Shown: in pieces, positions 51,963 to 64,000 of the stretch
How positions within the stretch are numbered: position 1 is the stretch's first letter
Layout: each line of letters opens with the position of its first letter
Source of the DNA: Octopus sinensis
Lineage: Eukaryota
Assembly (NCBI RefSeq): GCF_006345805.1
Contig: NC_042999.1
Span: 124,992,001-125,056,000 of the forward strand
Direction of reading: 5' to 3'
Length of the DNA: 64,000 nt
Translations under genes and position numbers: made by a program
The notes under the pieces: generated by a model
Database searches by the model: none
The model's input: only the letters and a program-made list of their open reading frames with translations
What the model was told of the DNA's origin: nothing

Positions 51963-52689
51963 GGTGCTTGTTGAGTAGGCAGAATGTAAGTTTGAAAGAA
52001 AAGCAGTTCTGAGTAAGGATAGGATAAAATTCATCATCATCATTGAACGTCTGTTTTCCATGCTGTCATGGGTTGGACCGTTTGACAGGAGCTGATCAGC
52101 TGAAGGGTTGTTCAGTCTCCATGTCTGTTTTGGCATGGTTTCTATGACTTGATGCTCTTCCTAATGCCAACCACTTTACAGAGTGTACTGGGTGCTTTCA
52201 TGTATCACAGGCATGGTGCTTTTTATGTGGCACTAGCACCTACAACCCTGCAAGATTAGGGATGCTCAGCTGGAAAAGGTTGCCGGGTACAAGATTGTTG
52301 TGTAACTATAAGGAGACCAATGGAGTGGCCACTCCCTCTGAGTATATTATTCAAAATATATACTTTTTCAACAGCATTTTTTAAAACTCTTTACTTTGCT
52401 TGTGCATTACTAGTCAACTCTCATAATTTTTTTATTGCAAGACCTATGCCTTGGAAGAATTTTCTAAACTTCTTACTTTATTCAGCCAGCATTTCAGTGC
52501 TTTTGAACTTTGTACTCAGTCCCCTGTGATATTTTGGTGACTTTTGACATCTGGGGAAACAAAACAAACCATCATAACATCCATGCTGATTGGGGATGAT
52601 CCTATGCAGTTAGATCATTTTCAGGTTACATGCTGCAACCCTTGTAATTCTAAGTTTCATACATATTGACATTATTACTCCCCAAGCAG

Positions 52690-52905
52690 CATACTAGCAT
52701 CCTTCCTTTCTAGTTTATGCATGTTGTCTGCATGTCTTGCATGTCTTGCTACCATGGAGCACAGCCATTTGTACACACGCATCATACAATCTGCCTTTCA
52801 CTCTCAGAAGAAATCCTCATGTCAACAGAGGCAATAGCTCTCTGAACTTCCTCCATCTTAATCTCATTCTAGCAACAATGCTTTCAGTACATCACTCAGA
52901 TGTCA
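52690..52905 (-). mobile_element. RTE RT C-terminal fragment, abutting a MITE
   Basis: Matches the KGRLYDACV..AVLHGS segment of the other RTE copies. Confidence 0.75.
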
Positions 52906-52909
52906 TCTA

Positions 52910-53100
52910 CACTGACGAAAATAAATTCAAGACCGATGATAAAAGTTCTATTTCTTACAAAATATTTCTGCATCATTCGAAAGAGAAATAAATTCTGCAT
53001 AAAGAGTAAAAGATAAAAATAATTTGTATGGTGTTAGTAACAAAATATTTTGTAAGAAATAGAACTATTATCATCGGTCTTAAATATATTTTCGCCAGTG
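52910..53100. mobile_element. Fold-back MITE with ~60 bp TIRs
   Basis: tacactgacgaaaataaattcaagaccgatgataaaagttctatttcttacaaaatattt matches the reverse complement of the right end at 56 of 60 positions. TA on both flanks. Confidence 0.85.
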
Positions 53101-56100
53101 TACAATCAAACTAAAATTATGCAAGAATTTTGTTTATTTAAAAACATAGACAAAGAAATAATGAGTACCAATAGTAAGGCAAATTCAAATATTAAAAAAA
53201 TAACTGTCAATTCATGATCCTCAATGTTTTATGTTCAATTTATCCTAATCTGTTTACTGTGTGCCACATTGTTTTCACCTTCTGATAATGAGCACAGTTA
53301 TGAAATGACTTTCTAATTATTTAAAAATATAACTCCACAATGAACAAGAGTAAATTGTCCGAGTTAGCTTTGCTGCTGAAAGGTCTTATAATAAAATAAG
53401 AAGATAACTTTGCTAAATGAAACCTAGACAGAAGAGACTGTTGTAGTTCCTTCATACATTTTTCATATTTATTACAGTTTCATTTTATATTTAAAATTAA
53501 AATAACTAAATAGCACAATGATTTTTTTTATTATGCTTTGAAATTTATGAACTATTTTTATATCATGTTTTGGTCTTAATTACAAAATAACAATTATACA
53601 CTTGTTTTAAAACTGTATTTTCTTTGTGTTTTGGTTTTGTTCATTTTAGAGATAAATTTAAAGTGTATAATGAGTTTGAAATTATTTGTTATGAGACATG
53701 ACTGTTTTTTGAATGTTTTTATGCCTGTTCCACCTAACTTTAGAACCTGGTTATACCACTAAATTAATGCCTGGAGTAGCAAATGTTAGTAGGATGGGAA
53801 AGTAAGATGGGGTACTTCAAGTTGGTTTAGATGAGAATAATACAAAGATAGAAAATCCATAGAAGAGAGTATTGCTTTGTCAATGAAACAAAAAGAAAAT
53901 AGAATTCTACAGTGATAAAGAAATTCTTTCTGAATCACTGTAGAATATTATTTTTTTGCAAAAGGAATATATGATGGTCATGGTTGATGTTTAACATCTG
54001 GTAAGCTCTGATGAAAGAATCCTATACTCAGAGTATTCCATCCATGACTATCTCATCTTATATTCAAACAATATATCCAGGACTATGTTATTCAGTGTGT
54101 CCTGCCTTTCCTTTAAGATGGTGTAATTCAGTTTTAGAATAGGAACACTGCGTCCCTACATGTCATAAAGGAATAAAGGATGACTAAAAGGTTGGTAACA
54201 GGAAGGGCTTCTGGCCATAAAACGCTGCCTCAGGAAACTCATCCAACCCCTGACAGCATGGAAAAGTAGATGTAACATGATAGTGGTGCTGATACTGGTG
54301 CTACAGCTGGTGGTGGTGTGTGGTTTAAGGGGAACTTGGCCACCGCTTCCTGTAGGCCAGGCAAACACACTGAGATTCCCTCACTAGTTTGTGTATATCA
54401 AAGGTGATGGTGCTAGTAATTGTTAGTGCTGTAACTGTATTCAGTTATGTGGCCTCCCCAAAAACCCCATTTCTGCATTTGAATTGTTAACATGGCGTAT
54501 GTGTGGATATGTGGGTAAAAAGTTTGCTTCCTAACCATGTGGTCTTCGGTTCAGTTTCACTGTGTGGCACCTTGGGAAAGTGTCTTCTACTATAGCCCTA
54601 GGCCAACCAAAATCTTGTGAGTATATGTGGTAGACAGAAACTGAAAGAAGCCTGTTATGTGTGCGCGGTGCATGTGTGTGTTCATGTATATATCTATGTA
54701 TGTGTTTTTCTTTGTGTTTATGTTGTGTTTGTCCCCCACCATATCTTGTTAACCAGTGTTGGTTTGACAAAAGGGACCGATTGAATAGCTATGACAAAAG
54801 GGACCAACTGAATAGCTATGAGAGTTTGAAAATAAGTACTGGAGTCAATCTGATTAAATCCTTCGAAACGGTGCTCCAGCATGGTAGTAGTTCAATGATT
54901 AAAACAAGTAAATAATAAAAGAGAAGCTGGTTTTAATTTGACAACTACATTCATTTATTCTAAATCTATATACAGTTGTTATATTTGTTGCCATAATTGA
55001 AAAACTAAAATGTTGTTGACCTACATACAACAGGATATAGTTGTTTGATTTTCACCTACTTAAGAGAATACTGACATAGCATTAAATTTTGATGTCAGTC
55101 AACTGCAGCTATTTTTTCTATGTGTGTGTGTGTGTTGGCTTTTTTTTCTCCACATCTTGCATTAATTTCTTTACAAAGTTGGCTTGGATAATTCTGAAAA
55201 TGTTATTCTTACCAAACTGTTATGTAAAACATCTAGCTGGCATTAAATATCTGAACAGTTCCACACTTAACCCTCTGGCATTCAGATTACTCTGTCAAGT
55301 GAAATACTTATTTATTCACATTGTTTTGAATTAATTATGCATTATCTCATGACCTCAAGATTTCAATGATGTGATTGTTTATTTTTAGAATGAAATTGTA
55401 AGGTAGGTGTGAAAGGCTGGATATGGCTGGTTTAAACATAAAACAGGTGGAATATTTGAGCCAGTTTATATGTTAAAAGGTTTAAGTCTTTGTCTTAGTT
55501 TTCTGTTATGCCATTTGCATCTCAGATACTATGTATTACACATTTTCAACCAATGTGCTCAAGCTTTCGAGATGAGGAGGAAAATGCTAGGATTTTTAGA
55601 AAACTTGATTGTTTTTAATGCTCTGCAAAGTCCAGTACATACACATATATCATCATCATCATTTAATGTCCATTTTCCATGCTGGTATGAGTCGGATGGT
55701 TCTACAGGAACTGGGAAGTCAGAAGACTGCAGGAACTGTAAAGTCAGAAGACTGCACCAATCCCTGTTGTCATCTTCTCTGTTTTAAAACACTCTTAATA
55801 CTCGTATTTTTATATAATAAAACCTTTTCAGACATGACTGTGTGGTAAGATACTTGCTTCCCAACTGCATGGTTCAGAGTTCAGACTCACTGTGTGGCAC
55901 CTTGGGCAAGTGTCTTCAACTATAGCTTTGGGCTGACCAAAGTCTTGTAAGTGGATTTGGTAGACGAAAACTGAAAAAGCCCACTGTGTGTGTGTATGTG
56001 TTTGCCCCCACCAACATTTGACAACCAGTGTTATGTCTACATCCCTGTAACTTAGTGGTTCAGTAAATGAGACGAATAGAATAAGAACCGTGCTTTACAA

Positions 56101-56519
56101 AAAAACAATAAATACTGGGGTTGATTCATTCAACTAAAATTCTTCAAAGTGCTGCCCCAGCATGGCCACAGTCTAATGACTGAAACAAGAAAAAGATGAA
56201 AAAGAAAGCTGAGTGGATTGGCAGGATTGTTAAAATATTGGATAGAATGTCTCATAGTATTTGTTCCAGCTCTCTGTATTCTGAGTTCAAATCCCATTGA
56301 GGTCAACTTTGCCTACCATCCTTTCTGGATTGATAAAAAAAAAAGTATCAATCTGGAGATGGGGAGACTGACTGGGTCAGACAAGATTGCTTGCTATATC
56401 TGACCCAGCCCCTTATGCTCTCACAGCAATGTTTGTCACAACACTGATGCCAAACCATATCAGCTCAAGTCAGTGAGCAACAACCAGCCTTCCTAATATA
56501 TATATATATATATATATAT

Positions 56520-59033
56520 CATCATCATCATCATCATCGTTTAACGTCCGCTTTCCATGCTAGCATGGGTTGGACGGTTCAACTGGGGTCTGGGAAGCCC
56601 GAAGGCTGCACCAGGCCAGTCAGATCTGGCAGTGTTTCTACAGCTGGATGCCCTTCCTAACGCCAACCACTCCGAGAGTGTAGTGGGTGATTTTACGTGC
56701 CACCGACACAGGTGCCAGACGAGGCTGGCGGACGGCCACGCTCGGATATTGTTTTTTATGTGCCACCGACACAGGTGCCAGGTGAGGCTGGCGAATGGCC
56801 ACGATCGGATGGTGTTTGTTATGTGCCCACAGCACGGAGGCCAGTCGATGCGGTACTGGCTACGGCCACGTTCGGATGGTTTTCTTATGTGCCACCGGCA
56901 CTGGTACCACAAAGATACAAATTCCATTGATGTTCATCTATTTTGATTTGGTTTGATTTTCACTTGCCTCAACAGGTCTTCACAAGTGTCACAAGAAGGA
57001 AGGTATGCACAGGTGGACTGACTACGTCCCAGGTAGGGGCCACGGGTTATGGCCTCACTAGTCTTGCCGGGTCTTCTCACGCACAGCATACTTCCATAGG
57101 TCTCGGTCTCTAGTCATTTCCTTGGTGAGACCTAAAGTTCGAAGGTCGTGCTTCACCACCTCGTCCCAGGTTTTCCTGGGTCTACCTCTTCCACAGGTTC
57201 CCTCAACTGCTAGGGTGTAGCACTTTTGCACACAACTATCTTCAGCCATTCTCGTCACATGACCATACCAGCACAGCCGGCTCTCTTACACACCACAACT
57301 GATGCTTCTTAGGTTCAACTTTTCTCTCAAGGTACTTACACTCTGTCGATTATGAACACTGACATTACACATCCATCGGAGCATACTGGCTTCATTTCTT
57401 GCGAGCTTACACATATCCTCAGCAGTCACGGCCCATGTTTCACTACCATGTAGCATGGCTGTATGTACACAGTCTGCCTTTTACTCTGAGTGAGAGGCCT
57501 TTTGTCACCAGCAGGGGTAAGAGCTCTCTAAACTTTGCCCAGGCTATTCTTACTCTAGCAGTTACACTTTCAGCACACCCACCCCCGCTACTGACTTGGT
57601 CACCTAGGTAGCGGAAGCTATCAACTACTTCTAGTTTGTCTCCCTGGAACGTGGTAGAAGTTGGTCTCTGCACATTTCCAGTGTTTATTGTTCCTGAGCA
57701 TCTGCCACAGACAAAAACTATTTTCCTAGTTAGCCTTCCTTTGACATTGTTGCACCTCTTATGTGTCCATAGCTTACACTTGGTGCACCTTATAGAGTTT
57801 CTACCTACACCTTTTTTACAGATCAAGCAGGACCATCTACCTGAAGTCGTTTGTGATTGGTCCACCTTCCTACTTATTAGGACTTTGGTTTTGGCTAGGT
57901 TGATTCTAAGGCCCTTCGATTTTAATCCTTGTTTCCACACCTGAAACTTCTCCTCCAGTTCTGATAGTGACTCAGCAATTAGAGCAAGGTCATCAGCATA
58001 GAGGAGCTCCCAGGGGCATCCTGTCTTGAATTCCTCCATTATTGCCTGGAGGACTATGATAAATAGGAGGGGACTGAGGACTGAACCTTGGTGGACCCCA
58101 ACCTCTACCCGGAATTCTTCACTGTACTCGTTGCCAACCCTCACCTTACTAGCAGCGTCTCTGTACATGGCTCGTACAGCTCTCACTAACCATTCATCTA
58201 TCCCTAGTTTCCTCATTGACCACCAGATAAGGGATTGGGGGACCCTGTCAAAGGCTTTCTCCATGTCAACAAAAGCCAGGTACAGGGGCTTATCTTTGGC
58301 TAGGTATTTCTCCTGCAGCTGTCTTACCAGGAATATAGCATCAGTAGTACTTTTCCCTGGCACGAACCCAAACTGCATCTCATCTAAGCTAACTCTCTCT
58401 CTAATTAATTGGGCTATAACCCTCTCCGTAACCTTCATTACCTGATCCAGCAGCTTGATACCCCTGTAGTTATTTGTATCTAGGGCGTCACCTTTACCTT
58501 TGTAGCAGTTGACTATTATGCTGCTACACCAGTCATTGGGTATGACTCCTTCGTGTATCACCTGATTAAACTATACAGGTGACTAGGCTATAGCCGACAC
58601 TACCAGATATTTTGAGCATCTCTGCAGTAATTCCTGATGGGCCTGGGGCTTTCCCTGTTTTCATGCTTGTAATTGCCTTAACTACTAAGAAACTGTTAAC
58701 TTGGATTGCTGGTCCCTCTGTTAGGTCGACATTCGGCAGTTTCTTTATCCCATTCATTTTCCTCATTCAGCAACCTTTCATAGTGGCGTCTCCAAGCCTC
58801 TCTCTTTGCATCCTCATTTAGCGCAAGTGAACCGTCATCCTTGCGAACACATTTCTCTCCTACCACGTCATGATTCTCTCTCACACACTGTCTTGCAACA
58901 CGAAATACCTCAAGTCTTTCATCCTCACGGCGCAGGATATTGGCAAATTTTTTCTTATCTGCTTCCCCTCTGGCTAGATAGACCTGTCTCCTAGCTTCCC
59001 TTCTGGCAGTCTGATACACTTCCCTGCTACCAT
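56520..59033 (-). mobile_element. Longest RTE-clade LINE copy (5'-truncated, frameshifted): complete RT region with PHD-like insert, 3' UTR repeats and (GAT)n tail
   Basis: The ORF at 57443-58561 has NYRGIKLL, QFGF, AFVDMEKAFDRV, GVHQGSVLSPLLF, YADD and FRYLG. Neighbouring ORFs are in shifted frames. No endonuclease region. (TA)n on both flanks. Confidence 0.97.
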
Positions 59034-61966
59034 ATCTATATATATATATACTATATATATATATATATAAATTGCTCTGGCTTGCTCATATATATGCACA
59101 TTTATGGTCAGCCTTGACCAGTCCCTATTAGGTATTCTGTAACACATTTAGCTCCTGTACATGAGAGGGAAAAAGGTTGAAAATTACTACTCTATAGGAT
59201 CTAGCACTTGACAAGTACTTTATTTTATCAATTGTAGAAGGATAAAATGTACAGAAGACCTCAGCAGGATTTGAACTCAGAATGTAAATGATCATAACTA
59301 CATATCACAGCTATTTTATTCAATGTTCTAATGACTCTGTTAATACACCACCATCAACTTAGTATCATTCTAAATCAATTTCCAATGGCTGACATCTTAC
59401 TGGATTATGATCCACAGAACCAAGCCCTAAGATGTCTCATTAAAGAATATTGTTCTGAAATACGATATGGTTTACTGCCTTCACATCACTAATTTGGATA
59501 TTTAGTGAAAGCAAGCAATGAGCAAACATTTTCCCCTTGAACACAACTGTAAAATATTTTTTTTCTAAACTTCAATGCACATGGAGATATAAACAGAAAG
59601 TAAATAGAAAATCAGTTGTTGTTCTTTAACCCCAGGTCAACTCTCACGGAAGAGGCTATTTTTTGTCAACCACAATCATATATATATGTGTGTGTGTGTG
59701 TGTGCATAGATGCACATTAAATATAAAAGTGTTTTTGGTATAATGTATCCAGGTACAGATATGGCTGTGTGATTAAGACATTTGCTTCCCAACCATGTGG
59801 TCTGGGGTTCAGTCTAGCCACATGACATCTCCAGCAAGTGTCTTCTACTATAGTCTCTGGCTGTGGATTTGATAGACAAAAATTGAAAGAAGCTCATCAT
59901 ATATGTGTGCATGCATGTATGTATGCATGCATGTATATATGCATGCATGTATGTATGAATGCATGCATGAGTGGGTGTGTATGTATTTGTATGTGTGTCT
60001 GTGTGCACATGTCTCCTTGTGTTGGCATTACGTGACAGTTGTAAATAGGTATCACTGTCATACAAGCAGTGTCCTTCATTTCCAATCTTCCATGAAAACA
60101 TGTCCAGCCATGGAGAAATGTCACCTTACTTAGAAACATTTAAGGGATGGTAACAGAAAGGACAATTAACCATAGAAAATCTGCCTCAACAAATTCTGTC
60201 CTACCCATACAAGCATGGAAAAGTGGAGATTAAATGATGATGATGATAGGCAAAGGTATCGCTGTGTGGTAAAAAGCTTGCTTCCCAACCACATGGTTCT
60301 GGGCTCAGTCCCATTGCATAGTACTTTGGGTAAATGTCTTCTACTATAACCTCAGGCTGACCAAAGCTTTGTGAGTGGATTTGGTAGATGGAAACTGAAA
60401 GAAGCCTGTCATATCATCATCATTATTTAACGCCCGTTTTCCATGTTAGCATAGGTTGGACGGTTTGACTGGGGTCTGGGAAGCCAGGAGGCTGCAGTCT
60501 GATCTGGCTGTGTTTCTACAGCTGGATGCCCTTCCAAACGCCAACCACTCCATGAGTGTCATGGGTGCTTTTTACATGCCACCAGCACAGGGGCCAGAGG
60601 AGGCTGGCAATGGCCACAATCGGTTGGTGTTTTTTATGTGCCATAGGCACTGAAGCCAGCCAAGGCGGCACTGGCATCGGCCATGTTTGGATGGTGCTTT
60701 TTACGTGCCACCGGCACAGGTCATCAATGTGTATATATTTTTGTGTGTGTCTTTGACCTCCCCCACTACTGCATGATAACTGGTGTTGGTGTGTTTATGT
60801 CCCCATAATTTAGTTGTTTGCCAAGAGAGATCAACAGAATATGTACTAGGCTTAACTACAAAATAAATACTGAGGTTGGTTAATTCAACTAAAAGTTCAT
60901 CAAGGCACTGCCCCAGCTTGGCCACAGTCTAATGACTGAAACATGAAAATGATAAAAAAGGAAAGATGTCCAGGATAGTATTATCTTGGATATATATGTC
61001 TCTTTTCCCTTTTAAGACATTTAGGTGTAATTTGAGTGAAACTTGGCTGCTATTTTTAGAAGATAAAATGACCACATTAAGGCTTTTTCTCATCTCATAT
61101 TCTTTCTATAAAATCTCAATACTCACGTAAATAATAACATTCTTACTTGGATGATAAAAAGAGAGTGTGAATTATTTTTTATTATGCATTAAATTGTATA
61201 GCTCCATTATTGTCCACTTTCATGACTACTGCAATTGTATACTACTGAAGTTGTTCAGGTTTGCTACACCTGAGAATAAATCTATATTTTCCATAGGGCT
61301 ATTTACTGGTTGCAAATTCTCCCTGTGTGAAGCAGGTTTGTAGGTCTTGTATTTTTTATGAGGATACTCTAACACTCTATACAAAAACACATGCGCGTAC
61401 ATACATACACACATGCATAGACACACACACACACCTGCACATAGAAAATATTTGTCTGAATGTATTTGTGTATGTGTGTAGTTGGAGGTATGACTATTCA
61501 CTTCTCAACCACATGATTTCCAGTTCAATCCCACTGTGTGGCACATTGCCAAGTGTCTTCTACTACAGCCCTGAATTGAACAAAGTTTTGTGAGTGGATG
61601 TGGTAAGTGGAAACTGAAAGGAGCCCAACCTGTGTGTGTGTGTTTGCGCATTTGTGTCTCTTTATTTTGACATTGTACGGTAATTGTAAATAAGTTATCA
61701 TACAAGCAGTGTCCTTCATTCCCAGCCTTCCATCAAAATGTCTGACAGTGGGGAAACATTACCTTGTTTGGAAGCAGTTGAGGGTTGGCTACAGGGAGAG
61801 CATCCAGCCATAGAAAATCTGCCTCAACAAATTCCATCTGTTATATATAGAGAAATTCCATCTGATCCATGCAAGCATGGAAAATTAGTCCTAAAAATTA
61901 TGATGGTGGTGGTGGTGGTGGTGGTGGTGGCAGTGGTGGCAGCTTGCTAGTAGCAAGTATTTGGCT

Positions 61967-62001
<35 letters not shown>

Positions 62002-62069
62002 TAAAGTGAGAATCAGCAATGAGCTCGACAAATTTACCATTCAGTTTGGGGTTCATTGAGGCTGAATTT

Positions 62070-62220
62070 TCAGCTACACTCCTGCTTGTTATTGTTTGCC
62101 AAGTTCTAGCTGAGAAATCCAAGACTGGGAGCCCATTTGAACTTTTGTATGCAGATGAACTTGTTCTTATAGCAGAATCTATAGATCTTTGAGACGAAAT
62201 TCCACACTTAGAACCTTAAA
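62070..62220 (+). mobile_element. Highly decayed RTE RT fragment
   Basis: KTGSPFELLYADELVLIAES corresponds to KTGCPWELLYADDLALIAES. Confidence 0.7.
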
Positions 62221-63349
62221 GGCCAGATTACTGTGCTGGGCAAAATTCTTAGCAGCATTTCATCCATCTGTACAATCGATCTGAGTTCAAATTCTGCTGA
62301 GGTCGACTTTGCTTTTCATCCTTTCAGAGTCAATAAAATAAGTACCAGTTGAGTATTAGGGTCGATATAATTAATTTGCTGGCCTTGTGCCAAAATTTGA
62401 AACCATTATTATTATCATTATCATCTTTCAATTCTGTTTCCATTTCTTGCTGTCTTCCTGACACATAGGACAGAGAAACTCACTGTATACATTGGTAGGC
62501 CCTTAAAAATAAACACCCTAGATTATTCTTTTATGAAGTCATGTGATAGAGAAGAGGGGAAGAAAGACAGACAGAAAAAGGCAAAAAAAAATAATAATAA
62601 TAAAGCCAAAAAGGAAAGAAAATTCACAGCAACAACTCAGTATGTTTGACATACCAGTCAAAACAATCTTTTGCACTTCTTGCGTGGAGGGTAAGCCAGG
62701 GATTGATCTTAAATAATTTTCAGTTCATTTTTGATCATTCCAAGTGCTCCTACAATCACTAGTATTGTAACTGCCTTGAAATGCTTTCATCCTTTCGGGG
62801 TTGATTAAATAAGTACCAGTTACGCACTGGGCTCAATGTTATCGACTTAATCCCTTCCCCCAAATTTGAAGCCTTGTGCTTCCAGTAGAAAGGATTATTG
62901 TTGTTAACATTCTTTTTATTCGTGTCACGTGTAAAAGTACCATAATCATTGCCTACATTTATGTTGTCATATAAGTGAGATTTAATATAACAACATATTT
63001 AGTTGAACTCTTACAATTATTATTATTACTATTACTTCTCTTGCACCACGTAAAATGCCATGGATTCATTTGTGCCATTTTCTAAGCAACATCAACTATT
63101 TATAGCAATCTATTGGATACTATTCTTTATTTTTTTCTATTTTTTATGGCATGATAACAGTTTAGAGGTTTCCAGTTGAAAGAGTGAAAAACAAAGGTTT
63201 TTGTAGTTGTTGTTATTGTTTGTTTTTCTTTAGCTATATTGTTGTTTTCTTCCCCTGTGAGAATGGGAAGAAGGCATTGAAAGTCAAAGTTGTCACTTGT
63301 TTTTACTTGAAATACTACAAATGAAACAAAGAAATGAATCTAATTCAAT

Positions 63350-63440
63350 AGTCTCTCTCTCTCTCTCTCTCTCTCTCCTCTCTCTATATATGTCTTTATG
63401 TGTGTGTGTTTATATATGTATGTGTATATGTGTGCATATA

Positions 63441-63522
<82 letters not shown>

Positions 63523-63559
63523 TGTCTGTGTGTATACACATTTGAATTTCCATTTCTCT

Positions 63560-63601
<42 letters not shown>

Positions 63602-63625
63602 TGTGCATGCACATGTGTGTGTGTC
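63350..63625. repeat. Compound (CT)n/(TG)n/(TA)n microsatellite block
   Basis: Read directly. Many further (TA)n, (CA)n and (CAT)n tracts occur throughout the window. Confidence 0.95.
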
Positions 63626-64000
63626 TGTGTTTTTTTTTGTTTTTATTTCTCTTCTATTTTCTCTATTGTGCTCTCCTGTTTTGATTTGATTCTAGATTTT
63701 CACAGCTAGTTTTCCTGAAAGAAGATATTAGTTTGCTATAAATGCATGCAACAGTTACTGAATGAATTCACACATTATTAGTTATCCTAGCCAACCGAGT
63801 GTCTAATGCCAACAATAACCAAGTATATAAAGCATTGTTCCTCCTGTGGCTTTGTTATGTCTTGAGGCAATTAATTCAAATGTTTCTATTGCAGAGGAGA
63901 TAGCAGATCAGGAGAACTCAATAGTGATAAATATTAATCCTTTTGATTAATATTTTCAATTAACTCACCTGAGATTGCCCCTGATTCTATGATAAACTCT

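Noticed and set aside
56690-56905. Regularly spaced repeats superficially like a CRISPR array
   Set aside because: The units are degenerate tandem repeats inside a LINE 3' UTR. The spacers are similar to each other, there are no cas genes, and the context is eukaryotic.
57443-58561. 372 aa RT ORF as an active retrotransposon or domesticated gene
   Set aside because: The copy is 5'-truncated (no endonuclease) and frameshifted on both sides of this ORF, so it is a dead-on-arrival insertion.

Overview
AT-rich, repeat-dense eukaryotic (animal) DNA. The repeat families (tRNA-derived SINEs, RTE LINEs with (GAT)n tails, Helitron and Tc1/mariner MITEs, abundant microsatellites) look like an octopus/cephalopod genome; this assignment comes from recognising the families, not from a search. 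One host gene is supported: a + strand THNSL1-like gene (N-terminal shikimate-kinase-like P-loop domain fused to a threonine-synthase-like PLP domain). Six phase-consistent exons were assembled by hand: a probable mitochondrial-leader exon at 19363-19449, then 38908-39048, 41088-41369, 44949-45481, 49085-49155 and 50105-50209. The C-terminal exons were not found in the window. The rest is mostly transposon debris: RTE copies whose RT carries an inserted PHD-type finger, a Helitron Pif1 helicase fragment, non-autonomous Helitrons, mariner/pogo/Merlin-like MITEs, and gypsy, R4-like and hAT relics. Most interesting: (i) several Penelope-type minimal hammerhead ribozyme motifs, one with an intact core; (ii) a CxxC motif straddling the PLP lysine of the THNSL1-like protein; (iii) a 1.25 kb tandem duplication with a chimeric central Helitron that records an unequal crossover; (iv) the PHD finger inside the RTE reverse transcriptase. 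There are no CRISPR arrays, rRNA genes or supportable tRNA genes. Nearly all ORFs in the supplied track are spurious translations of repeats.
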